64,000 bases of DNA from the NCBI RefSeq assembly GCF_006345805.1, contig NC_043012.1, forward strand, positions 24,924,001-24,988,000, read 5' to 3'. This DNA is from Octopus sinensis (lineage: Eukaryota). Of the stretch, positions 12,690-24,769 are shown in pieces (the stretch's first letter is position 1; each line of letters begins with the position of its first letter). The notes beneath the pieces are model-generated. The model was not told the origin of the DNA, did not search any database, and worked only from the letters and a program-made list of their open reading frames with translations. Made by a program: the position numbers and the translations under genes.

Positions 12690-14054
12690 TAAAACCTAAG
12701 GCCTTCACAAACTGTTTTACTAATCCGAGTTTGATATGAAGTGGGGGTAATAAGATTTTGTTGGAATCTACTAGTGGCTGTTTGAGAACATTTAACAGTC
12801 CTGGCTGCAGTTCCACTCGGGGGGCCAATGTACTCTCTGCTGTCCCATAAGCAAAGGAAACATGAATACTTTGTGTATCCCCCTTGCAAGCCAAGCAAGA
12901 AGGCAAGCATCTTGAAATCACCACAAACATCCCACTTGAACTCAGCGTAATTTATTTTGTCGAGAAGTTCTTTGACACTGGAATGTGCAAGAGGCAAAGA
13001 ATGATATTTATTTCGATTGTGGAGCAACACTGCTTTGAGACTTTGTGTTGAGCTATCTATGAACAGTCGTCATTCTGCAGAATCATGCTTGAGTTCAATA
13101 GCAGTGAACAAACCAATCACATCTTTACAATAACACAGATCATTAATATTTTCATAGTAAATTTCAAATTCTTCATGGCGTTTCCAGTACAGAGATGTCT
13201 TTCGGTCTCCCCCCAGTAGATTCCATTCCTTCAACCTTGATGAAGGAAGTTCAGCTCCTGACTTAGTAAGACCCAGATCCCTGATTTAATCATCTAGCTC
13301 ACTCTGATTTGGAAAGTGAGGCTCCGAAGTCGTTCTTGGTACGAAAGCTTCCTCCATTTCTTGGCTGCTGCTACTTGTTGACTCTTCAGATGAAATATTT
13401 TCTGGTGGTAGTGATACTCATAAACTGTCATCATGTGGGACAGGTACTCTAGATGATGGTATGTCTGGATACTGAAGAGCTTGTCTTCCTTTCACTTTTC
13501 TGTACTTTGTTACATCGATCATACAAAAGTAACAGTCATCGTGATGGTTCTTTGGATCTCTCCATACCCTTGGAATGGCAAAAGGCATTGACCTTCCTGT
13601 ACCTCTTAACCATCCATCTAGAGTAGATCGACACTTTCCACATATCACATGTGGGGCCCATGGCTTGTCCTAGTCACCCATGGGCATTCTGAAATAGTTT
13701 GTACGCTATCCACAATTTGGCATCTTTCACGATCTTATGTAATACCTGCTTTTTTTTCCAATATAATAACCACACACATAGCAAAATGTACCTGGAGAAT
13801 TTTTACATACTTTAGTAGCCATCCTGAAAGTATCAGAACTTAGTAATCGGTCTGAAAGAGAAATTAGACATACATTTAGTAGCGGAACATTATAACAATA
13901 CCGAATACATAATAATATTCAAAGTCGACATATTTTCTTAACTGTTGATGATAAACAAAGAATAATTTCATTTTTGGAATCGGCAGAAAAAATGGGTTGA
14001 TAAACCATAAAAAAATACAATAAACAAATTTTTTTTGAAAATTGTTACTTTGTG
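12690..14054 (-). mobile_element. Chapaev3-like (CMC superfamily) DNA transposon, 3'-truncated, with pseudogenised transposase
   Basis: From ATG at 13822(-): FCYVCG...DKPWAPHVICGKC...MPFAIPRVWRDPKNHHDDCYFC...GDFKMLAFLLGLQGGYTKYSCFLCLWDSR...PLHIKLGLVKQFVKAL, with frameshifts. The terminus reads CACAAAGTAACAAT on the minus strand next to TAA (14055-14057), fitting CAC termini and a TWA target. The family name is from recalled motifs. Confidence 0.75.
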
Positions 14055-14641
14055 TAATCCTTTAATATACTTGGTGGTATAAAATAGTTGCATAACAGAA
14101 TACAGAGTGTCTACCAGCGATTAACATAATACAATATAACACTTGTTGAAGGGCACAAATTTACGAGAAAAGTGAACAGATTGTTGTCGTTGCTAAACTA
14201 TTACTTATCTGGAACTCATATCAGCTGTGTAAAACTTCGTCACAGTTGAATAAATTCTATAATAAATATGAAATATTTCTTGCTTTAATTTTGCTTCTGT
14301 GCATCTGGAAAATGATTACCTACAAAATAGTCAACCTCTTCTCTGATTTTCTACATCTTGATCTGTCACAGTCTACCAGTTACAATGATACCGTTACATT
14401 TGGTGATTACAACCTATAATATAATATAATATAATATAATGAAAGTATTGTATACAGTGCTCAGGTGCACCACAACTTAACTGTTGCATAGTTACGAAGG
14501 AGATGTACAGTCGGTTAAACAAATCCCAATACAAAATGCATATTAATAAATGTAGAATTAAAATGCTGAATTGAACCAACGGTGGAGGGCTTGAATTTGG
14601 GCAGTAGATAGATCTGATTAACATTAAGTCCCTAAATTTAC

Positions 14642-14784
14642 CGTTTCTCTTCACCTTCTTGCATATTCAAATGAATACTGGAGTGGAGATTGAAACCGCA
14701 TCCGGCGGTGAGCGACGGCAGATATCTGACGATTGCATTGATAACTCGGAGACCATCCACTTTTGATGTCGTCGACATCGTTAC
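14642..14784 (-). CDS. Candidate isolated 143-nt host exon (unverified)
   Basis: Acceptor TTTTTTTTAATATTTTACAG|G and donor ACG|GTAAAT. One frame is open (VTMSTTSKVDGLRVINAIVRYLPSLTAGCGFNLHSSIHLNMQEGEEK). The segment is more GC-rich than its flanks. No protein similarity recognised. Confidence 0.3.
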
Positions 14785-15125
14785 CTGTAAAATATTAAAA
14801 AAAACAGCAATGTACAATTAATCAACTAAATACAGACACACGTGTGTGTGTGCTTGTGTCAATATATGTGTGTGTGTACATGTGTATGTGCACGTTTTTG
14901 TATATAAATATGTGTGCACAAACATGCATATATATATTCATATATATATATATGCATATGAATTTATGTGTGTATGTATATGCATACACATATGCACATG
15001 TATGTACACACACAAATAAATAAATATATATATACATATATATATATATGCATATGAATGTATGTGTGTGTGTATATATGCATACACATATGCACTTGTA
15101 TGTACACACATATATATATATATAT

Positions 15126-15476
15126 AAAATTAGAAAAAAACAACTTTTATCAATTCAAAATGAACAATTAAATTACACCATCTAGAAAATTACATATAAT
15201 AGAAATATTAAAATTAAAAAACAATAAAATACCAATGATTAAGTAAATTGCAAAAAAATAATATTACGGAGATATACTCGCATAGCAAGTGATTTGATCT
15301 GAGATCGTGACGTTTATATATACCAATTATATACGTTTTTATTTTTTTTTTTACAATTTACTTAATCATTGGTATTTTATTGTTATTTTAATTTTAATAT
15401 TTCTATTATATGTAATTTTCGAGATGGTGTAATTTAATTATTCATTTTGAATTGATAGAAGGTGTTTTTTTTCTAC

Positions 15477-15479
<3 letters not shown>
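15126..15479. repeat. AT-rich fold-back element (~135 bp arms, ~77 bp spacer)
   Basis: 15126-15261 is the reverse complement of ~15339-15479 with a few mismatches. One arm recurs at ~42865-42970. Confidence 0.85.
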
Positions 15480-15542
<63 letters not shown>

Positions 15543-15568
15543 TATATTATTTAAATATATATATATAT

Positions 15569-15620
<52 letters not shown>

Positions 15621-15623
<3 letters not shown>

Positions 15624-15765
15624 TAAATTAGAGATAAAACCACTATTAGGCAAATCAAACAATGAAAAACTTAAGCCAATACATAAAATTAATTAATTTA
15701 TATTATTTTAAATATATATCAAAAGTATTAAAAGTATTTAATAAAAGATAATGAGTAAAACACTA
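15621..15765 (+). repeat. AT-rich interspersed module embedded in (TA)n; inverted paralog at 18991-19134
   Basis: ATTAAATTAGAGATAAAACCACTATTAGGCAAATCAAAC...GATAATGAGTAAAACACTA occurs in both places with few differences. Confidence 0.85.
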
Positions 15766-15786
15766 AATCAAATTTCACACAATATA

Positions 15787-15841
<55 letters not shown>

Positions 15842-16626
15842 ATATTGTGTGAAATTTGATTTAGTAATTCTAAATTGAATTTTTTTCCCTGTAAGTTTGG
15901 ATTAATATTTTCTCAATCAATTATATATATATAATATATATATATATATAATATATATATATATATATAGATATCCTTTCTGAGCCGCCAAACGACCTTG
16001 TTTATGCACAACTGAGAACTATACAATGTATGTTAACAGCGGCGAACCAGTCAAAGCAAAACAACAGCAATGGCAAATCCGCGCACCATTCCTTTACTAA
16101 CTCTGGCACCTATAACAGCACCGACATCAACACCGCAAAAAACCAAGAAAGCCAACACCATCACAACAGCAATAACACAATGAATACAACAACAATAACA
16201 CAGAAGAATAAAACATTAAGACATCAATGTTTACAAAGCATGAAACGAATCTTCAAACCTCGGCAAATTAATAAACGCCAACTCAATGCGAGTTAGCGCC
16301 TGTTCGTTTCGTAGCCTCGCAGCACACTTGACGGGATTGTTACGGTTAGGTGATGTTAAACATAGAAAACGGTAAAAAAAAAAAGTGTTTGTGTTTGCAA
16401 TATATATGTATATATTATTTAAATATATATATATATATATGTAATATATACACACACACAATATAGAAGTACAAAACATAAAACAAACACATATAACGCA
16501 TACATATATACGTGAACACGTACACACACACATATATATATAACATGTGTATAAAACACACATGTAACATGCATGCAAATATCCATATACATATATACGT
16601 ACAGACACATATAAATGTACAAGAAT

Positions 16627-16704
<78 letters not shown>

Positions 16705-16712
16705 AATATATA

Positions 16713-16743
<31 letters not shown>

Positions 16744-17289
16744 TGTATATAATATATATATATATATATTTACAACGACGTATAAGTATGTATTGTACAT
16801 GTGGATAAATGAAGAAACAAAATTCTAATCTACTGTAAATACAGAATCACACATTTACTTTTATTTATTTATTTATTTTATTCTTTCTTTTGTAATCAAA
16901 TCTACTAATTAACAACTTTCGACGGATTTTTTCTCACCCATGATTTCTGAGAACTTTTAGGAATACTTTGGCACCGCTTCCATCGATTGTCTTACCATTT
17001 GTTATCGGGGTGTGATCTTTCTTATTTCCTCGTGTCTACACTTGGCAGATTTGCTGCTAACCCACACACTCACACCCAAACACACACACACACACACCCA
17101 CACATACACACACATACACAAACTCTCACACACCCACACACACACACATAGAAGCGCAGCCATTCATATGTATGAATATATATATGTATTCGTACATAAA
17201 TATTCGCACAAGTCAATATAATGTCCAAGTCACACACACACATCTAAATAAATATGTATACAAAAATGCAAACATACACATAGTTATAT

Positions 17290-17341
<52 letters not shown>

Positions 17342-17436
17342 CAAGCATATTTTATACACATCAATGTCTGTATTTGTATATGTGAATATGTATAGATAGA
17401 TAGATAGATAGATAGATCGTGAGAGAGACGTGTATG

Positions 17437-17508
<72 letters not shown>

Positions 17509-17940
17509 CATATATATATATACACATACACACACACATATATATATATACACACATATATACACATATATATATACATATACGTATATACACACGCACG
17601 CATACGTATGTAATATATATAGTATATTTGTGTGCTTTCAATACACGGATTTTTTTTATATAACCCCATAGCGACATACACACATGCGCACAAGCACATA
17701 CTCAAATAGCAAACCGATGCGTTGGCCCTGAAGACGACTCTACGTACTCGCTAGACCTGCAAAAAAGGGTAGGCAAATAACCCTAAAATCAGAAACTTAC
17801 ACCCTAAAAAAAAATGGAAATAGAGTTAATTCTTCTTCTAAATACCCATTAAAAAGGAGATAAGAGAGTTTTTGAGAGCTTTTGGTTGTAGGGTTGCCTG
17901 AAAGATGGCTAAATAACAGGAAACATTCACATATAAGTGT

Positions 17941-18315
17941 AGGCGTGGCTATGTGGTAAGCCGTTTGCTTCTGAACCACATGGTTCTAGGTTCAGTCCCA
18001 CTGTGTGGAATCTAGACCAAGTGTCTTGTACTATAGCCTCCGGCTAACCAAAGCCTTGTGAATGGATTTCAGACAGAAAGAAGCTGCTTTTATATATATC
18101 TATATCATATGTGTGTGTGTGTGTTGGCTGTGTCTGTCTTCTACCACCGCTTGACATGCGATGTTTGTTTATTTACATCCCCGTAATTTAGTGGTTTGGC
18201 AAAAGGGTTAGATAGAATAAGTACACCGTTTAAAAGAATGTACTGGTATCGATCCGTTCGATTAAAACCTCGTCAAGCATGGCCGCGGTGCAATGCCCGA
18301 AACAAGTACAAAGAT
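17941..18315 (+). mobile_element. SINE-A copy
   Basis: AGGCGTGGCTATGTGGTAAG head, GGTTCAGTCCCACTG motif and AGCATGGCCGC 3' motif. Confidence 0.8.
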
Positions 18316-18319
18316 AACT

Positions 18320-18424
<105 letters not shown>

Positions 18425-18509
18425 GGAGAGCCATGTAAGCTTACGGACATATACACATACACTCTCACATGTTTATACGTAGCTACATACACACCCAGGT
18501 ATATTATCA

Positions 18510-18880
18510 TCCATCGACCAGGTGACCTTTTGTGTGTCCAGGGATTCGACTGTCAAAAACTCTCCAGTTCTCTCTGCGCTACCATGCATACAATTAGCCA
18601 GGCTCTTGTTTTCCACTCCATTCTCTCGTGTCATCTGTCCACAAATATCTTTGATGGCCTTTTGTTCTCTTCCCCACCACAATTCCCGGTTTTCAGTAAC
18701 AACAACACGTAGTGCAATACCTATCCAAAACATAATAGTTTTCGTGACCTAACTCTTTTTTTTTTTTCAACTTTTCTAGTACACCAGCGTTGGTTATCCT
18801 ATCTTTCCAGAATATTTTGCCCAATTTCCTCAACGTCCACAACCCAAAAGCCTCTAATTTCTTCTCTGTTGGTCTGCAAA
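18510..18880 (-). mobile_element. RTE-clade LINE 3' fragment
   Basis: Minus-strand EKKLEAFGLWTLRKLGKIFWKDRITNAGVLEKL matches the RTE post-RT motif KLEAFEMW..R...I.W.D..TN..VL. Confidence 0.7.
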
Positions 18881-19155
18881 TTTTCCCCGCACAGGACATA
18901 AACCTCGCTAAGATAAATATTTCAATTACCTGAAGATTGACTGTAACCATAACTCGAATTATTACGAATTGGACAGCCATGAAACGATCGTAGTGTTTTA
19001 CTCATTATCTTTTATGAAACTTTTAAAACTTTTGATATATATTTAAAATAATATAAATTAATTATTTTTATGTATTGGCTTATGTTTTTCATTGTTTGAT
19101 TTGCCTAATAGTGGTTTTATCTCTAATTTAATATAATATATATATATATTATTAA

Positions 19156-19202
<47 letters not shown>

Positions 19203-19384
19203 TATTATTATTAAAGCTGCAAAACATCACCAGAATATCGGCCTTTTTGTGATAATTTTCTTATTGTTTTTACAGCCTTTATTACTAAAGCATATTACTC
19301 TACCTCCGGTATTGGAGTACTATTTTTCCCCACCTTGTTTCCCATTTATTTGCCTACTTTAGTAATATATATATATATATTTTT

Positions 19385-19775
19385 TACTCTTTTATTTACT
19401 CTTTTACTCTTTTACTTGTTTCAGTCATTTGACTGCGGCCATGCTGGAGCACCGCCTTTAGTCGATCAAATCGACCCCGGGACTTATTCTTTGTAAGCCC
19501 AGTACATATTCTATCGGTCTCTTTTGCCGAACCGCTAAGTGACGGGGACGTAAATACACCAGCATCGGTTGTCAAGCAATGCTAGGGGGACAAACACAAA
19601 CACACACACATACACATATATATATATATACATATATACGATAGGCTTCTTTCAGTTTCCGTCTACCAAATCCACTCACAAGGCATTGGTCGGCCCGGGG
19701 CTATAGTAGAAGACACTTGCCCAAGATGCCACGCAGTGGGACTGAACCCAGAACCATGTGGTTGGTTAGCAACCA
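19385..19775 (-). mobile_element. SINE-A, young near-complete copy
   Basis: Near-identical to the copies at 47757-48140 and 58347-58790; has an octamer-like (TAAAAGAG)n tail. Confidence 0.9.
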
Positions 19776-19885
19776 CATGCGCCTATTTGTTTGTCATTTT
19801 TAATGCGGCCATGCTGGAGCACCAACTTTAGTCGAGCAAATCGCTCCCAAGATATATATATATATATATAAATAATTCAAAGAAA

Positions 19886-20116
19886 AATACAGTGTACATT
19901 TAAACACAAATGAGATACCCAAAGGATAGGATATCTGACTCAATAGAAAGAGCAGTTAAACTCCAAGCCACTAATTGTTGTAATTCCGAAAGTGATTGAA
20001 AAATAAAAATTTCTTTCGGAATTACAATTAGTGGCTTGGAGTTTAACTGCTCTTTCTAGTGAGTCAGATATCCTATCCTTTGGGTATCTCTTTTGTGTTT
20101 AAATGTACACTGTATT
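19886..20116. repeat. Near-perfect palindrome (~105 bp arms, 20 nt loop)
   Basis: 19886-19992 is the reverse complement of 20013-20116 apart from a 3-nt indel and about two substitutions. Confidence 0.95.
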
Positions 20117-20224
20117 CTTCTCTAAATAATATATAGTCTATTGACTAATTTTTTCCTTCTCGCTAGACCACTGGTAACTTAGAATTTTTTCGATAAATAT
20201 TCTTGCTACCCTAAGATTTTAATT

Positions 20225-20402
20225 AAATATATATATATATGCGCGCGCGTGCGTAGTTTGTGCATATATATATAGACATATACATATATATATATATGCA
20301 TGCATACATAGATATATATACATGGGTGTATGTGTGTGCACATATGAATGTGTGTGTATATCTATGTGTGTATATATATATGTATGTGTGTATACATATA
20401 TT

Positions 20403-20435
<33 letters not shown>

Positions 20436-20514
20436 TATTATATACTGTGTGTGTATATATATATATATACTGTGTGTATATATATGTATATATATTATAT
20501 ATACTGTGTGTATA

Positions 20515-20560
<46 letters not shown>

Positions 20561-20721
20561 TGTGTGTATATATATGTATATATATATGTATATACCGTGT
20601 CTGTATATATATATATATATATGTACTGTATATATATATATATTCTGTATATGTGTATAAATACTGTTTGTGTATATATATGTATATTTTCAGTATATTA
20701 TATGTATATACTGTATGTCTC

Positions 20722-20752
<31 letters not shown>

Positions 20753-20756
20753 ATAT

Positions 20757-20803
<47 letters not shown>

Positions 20804-21000
20804 TGTGTGTGTTTATATATGTATATATATATATACTGTGTGTGTATATATATATACTCTATGTGTGTGTGTGTGTGTGTGTATATATATGTATATATAT
20901 ATATATACTGTGGTGTGTATATATATATATATATATATACTCTATGTGTGTGTGTGTGTGTGTGTATATATACTGTATGTATACACACACACACACACAC
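20225..21000. repeat. Compound (TA)n/(TG)n/(CT)n microsatellite tract
   Basis: Direct reading; source of the spurious YIYI/CVCV ORFs. Confidence 0.95.
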
Positions 21001-21552
21001 ATGGTGTATGTCACCAAATTAATATATTGCTGTGCAATTAAATGTAGCGATAAATAGAACGTTGTTATTATTATAAATTATAAATGAGTCAATTGTTTGC
21101 TTCCATAACTCTGATTAAAGGAGACTCTAAAAGTACGATTACACCATTGTAATGACGAAATAAGATCGAACTTCGAACAATTATCGTTAATCGAGAAGAT
21201 TGGATGTCAGCGGGAGTCAAGTGCACGACCACATGCAATTTCCTTGAACAGAGAACTGAAAATATTTCATCTTCGCCTCTAACATCCACGGCTTTGCTTT
21301 GGTTGTCGAGTGTGGATACGTGGTCTACACGCGCCAATGACACCAACAAAGATATGTTAACAAGAGGGAGGTGTCACCTGGACATAAATTGTGAACACTC
21401 TCCTAATTAGTTAATTTCTTTTATCATTGTTCTTGTTGTTGTTGTTTTCCAATCACCAGTTTCTATGTGGTCAATAATCATTAAATGGATGTCAAAGGAA
21501 TTTTCTCACCATATATATACCTTTCTGTGAGTGTGTTTGTATATGTATATAC

Positions 21553-21615
<63 letters not shown>

Positions 21616-21618
<3 letters not shown>

Positions 21619-21906
21619 CGTAGGAGTGGCTGTGTGGTTCCGGGTTCAGTCCCACTGCGTGGCACCTTGGGCAAGTGTATGTATGTATGTGTATGTGTAT
21701 ATGTTTGTGTGTCTGTGTTTGTTCCCCCAACATCGCTTGACAACCGATGCTGGTGTGTTAACGTCCCCGTAACATAGCTGTTCGGCAAAAGAGACCGATA
21801 GTATAAGTACTGGGCTTACAAAGAATAAGTCCTGGGGTCGATTTGCTCGACTAAAAAGGTGGTGCTCCAGCATGGCCACAGTCAAATGAGTGAAGCAAGT
21901 AAAAGA
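21616..21906 (+). mobile_element. SINE-A copy with internal deletion
   Basis: AGGCGTAGGAGTGGCTGTGTGG head and GGTGCTCCAGCATGGCCACAGTC 3' motif. Confidence 0.85.
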
Positions 21907-22127
21907 TATATACGTGCAGTAATTCGGCAGGATTATAAGCGTGAAGGGCACAATGCTTCGCAGCATTTCTTCCGGCTCTCCACGCTCTGAGTTCAAATTC
22001 TTCCGATGTTGACTTTGCTTTCCATCATTTGGTGATCGGTAAAATATCAGTTGAGCACTGAAATCGAGATAATCAACAACCTCCCACCCTCAAAATATCA
22101 GGCCCTGTGCCTAGAGTAGGAAAGACC

Positions 22128-22408
22128 GGCAAAATCGTCAGCATGCCGGACAAAATGCTTAACGGCATTTCGTCCGTCTTTACGCTCTGAGTTCAAATTC
22201 ACCTTACTCAAAAGAAATATTTTAAATGACTTGGTATCGTCTTAAAAGAAACAGCATGGAAGGGGGTGGGTGGAAATGAACAGACAGTACTTTGCCTTTC
22301 ATCCTTTTGGAGTCAATAAAATAAGTACCAGTTGCATTCTAGGGTCGAAGTAATCGGCTGACACGCTTCCCACAAATTTCAGGCTTGATCCCTATATTAG
22401 AAAGAATG
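22128..22408 (+). mobile_element. SINE-B copy carrying an 88-bp foreign insertion (22201-22288)
   Basis: The usual CGCCGAGGTCG between GTTCAAATTC and ACTTTGCCTTTCATCC is replaced by 88 bp. Confidence 0.8.
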
Positions 22409-22429
22409 TGATGAAAATTCACAGCTTAT

Positions 22430-23260
22430 TCTGCTGGTTATGATGGACAGTGTCAGCTGTCCACAGCCAGCAGACTAAGGTGACACTTGTTTACTGGTCA
22501 TGCTTCAAGAACCTTGCGAAGAATTCTTACAGTTCCAAGCAATGCTGACTTTTGAAGGTGTTCTACCTTCACACTTGCACCAATCTTTTTCAGCCCCGTT
22601 GGTAGCTGAGTGCTGATACTTCCAAGAGCACCAGTTTTTATTGCTATCACGCCTACTCTCCTCATTGACCACAACCTTCATATTTCCCACTTCAAATCGC
22701 CGTAGTCCCTTTTTTTTCTTCTTTCTCTTTTATTTTTTTGTGTCCGGGACATGTTATGCCGATTATCATGCATGTTCTTTCATTGATATTCCCAACAACA
22801 ATGTCCGGTTTCGGATGTCTGGTCAGGAGGTCGCACTGGATCATTGTAGCCTATAGGATTTTTCAATTCTCATTCTCGATTACTCTTTCTGGGGGGTTTC
22901 CCATACCATGTTTTTGATCTTTGTTGGCTGTGATTTCCACAGAGCTCCCAAAGGGTCATTCTTGCCACATTGCCAAGTCCTCTCTTGTAACGCATTGTGC
23001 CAATTTCGAGCATTCGCTAAGGATGTGCCCCTCTCACCACACATTGTACATTTGTCGCAGTGGTGGTGTTGTCTATTCTGCACTTCACATAATTGGTCCA
23101 TAACACTTGTTCTTAAGCTGCGCATGTAAGTGCTTCTGTCTCAATCTTCAGGTCACTCCTCTTTGTCCATAGCCGCCAGTTTTCTATATCTGTTTTGGCG
23201 TTCGTATCTCTTTCAAACTGTCCGTGCATTTTTTCCTTCCATGCTGTTTCTTTTATTAAG
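22430..23260 (-). mobile_element. R4/Dong-like REL-endonuclease LINE, 5'-truncated and decayed
   Basis: Minus strand reads KETAWKEKMHGQF...SDLKIETEALTCAA*EQ..., then a CCHC knuckle region, ...TGALGS...LQKSALLGTVRILRKVLEA*, then a 3' UTR. Confidence 0.85.
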
Positions 23261-23305
23261 ACGATATCAAGTCATTAGAGTAAGGTGCATTTGAAGTAAT
23301 TAATA

Positions 23306-23523
23306 CAGACAGAAGAATAAAGTTCAAAGCTCCTCTTCTTCCAGAGAGTCCAATGGTCCACTTAGTCTATTCCTTCAACATGAACGCAACATTCAAAATA
23401 CTGCCAAAATACTGCCTGGGTTAACCTGGGATTATACTTAAGGACCTATACCTTCACGAAAGTACGGACCAACGTCCATACCCTCCAGAAGAAGATGAGC
23501 TGTGAACTTTATTCTCCTGTCTG
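23306..23523. mobile_element. Tc1/mariner-type MITE
   Basis: TA-CAGACAGAAGAATAAAGTTCAAAGCTC... versus ...GAGCTGTGAACTTTATTCTCCTGTCTG-TA: ~40 bp TIRs with TA flanks at 23304-5 and 23524-5. Confidence 0.8.
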
Positions 23524-23626
23524 TATCCTCTTATCTACCGTTTTACTCTATACTCTTCTCTCAACTATATTATTCCTTTATAACCTGTGAACTCGCCGTC
23601 TAGAACTTTCATACATACTCACCTAG

Positions 23627-23700
23627 TCTTTGATGACGGAATACTCAGTGCATGGAGATGCTAACGTATCACTTGGGATATCCCAGAAACAGTTGTAAGA
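23627..23700 (+). ncRNA. Type I hammerhead-like motif (core C3 to T)
   Basis: tct TTGATGA [stem II ending TGGGATATCCCA] GAAAC agtt GTA aga; stem I is tct/aga. Confidence 0.5.
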
Positions 23701-23941
23701 GATACGATAATGAATTAATTACTTCAAATTCACCTTATTCTAAGGAAATATTATCAATGACTTGAGATACTCGTCCTGCTTCGGTTTTTGATGTCCTTTT
23801 TCCTCTAGTATGTATGTATTATCTCCCTTCCATTCAGCCTCTTTTTTCCGGTCATCTCGTCATGTTGGACTGCTGAACTCTGCACATTTTCCCTCCGTTT
23901 CTTTTTCTGTCCATTCTCTCTTCGTTTTGTCCCTCTAAATC

Positions 23942-23977
23942 CTTTCTGGCGAAGAGCGTAGGCTCGAAACGTAAAAG
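23942..23977 (+). ncRNA. Minimal type I hammerhead-like motif (core A6 to G)
   Basis: cttt CTGGCGA a GAGC gtag GCTC GAAA C GT A aaag; stem I is cttt/aaag and stem III is the palindrome ACGT. Confidence 0.55.
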
Positions 23978-24070
23978 ACTTTTCCACTCTTCCCGAGCGT
24001 TAAGCTAATACACCCACTTGTTGTTCCTACACCTGTCTTCGTCTTTTGTTTCCTGTAAATGTGAACTAAT

Positions 24071-24156
<86 letters not shown>

Positions 24157-24374
24157 ATACATATATATATATATACACACACATACACACACGCTTATAT
24201 ATAAACATAAACATTGACACACTTCCATATACATACATATATATATTTGTACGTTTATGTAACTCTATAAACGCAGACTAGTATTTAGATATCTCTCTTT
24301 CTCTCTCTCAGCAAGTAACCACGTGTGTGTATTCATACGTGCGTATATTTATGTATGAATGTTTGTGTGTATAC

Positions 24375-24409
<35 letters not shown>

Positions 24410-24769
24410 TACAATTTTATTAATTCATTTCAGACTTCATCTTTCAACCGTCCATATTATTTTCTGAGCATTATCCTCTTAACTTTAAATAGATGTGACA
24501 TGTACTGCAGCATACGTGTAAGCTCTCTCTATCTATCTCTTTTTTCTCTTTCTCTTTCCTTCTCTCTTTCTTTCTCTCTCCCTCTCTCTCTTTCTTTCTC
24601 TCTTTATGTCTTTCTCTCCTTTCTTTCAACTCGTAAATACGATTCTATAGTAGAAAACGCTTTCTCAAGGTGCCACGCGTCTGAATTGAACCCGTTACCC
24701 TGTGGTCGGGAAGCTTCGACCCATACTTGTCACACTAAGTGTATTGTTTATTATATTTTTATTTTTAGG

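Larger units (their letters stand above)
23540..24066 (+). mobile_element. Penelope-like terminal repeat region with two hammerhead-like motifs
   Basis: Motifs at 23627-23700 and 23942-23977 lie in the same orientation and the region runs into a (TA)n tract. No PLE protein sequence is visible, so the family is inferred. Confidence 0.5.

Noticed and set aside
16231-17705. Long ORFs rich in Y/I/C/V/H/T (also at 20.2-21.0, 31.0-32.3 and 39.8-40.7 kb)
   Set aside because: They are translations of (TA)n, (TG)n and (CA)n arrays, which lack stop codons in several frames.
17725-17765. Hammerhead candidate CTGAAGA-CGA...TCG
   Set aside because: No GAAA box after the putative stem II.
21089-21349. 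86-aa minus-strand ORF in non-repetitive sequence
   Set aside because: No motif recognised and no clear splice boundaries; cannot be supported without a database search.
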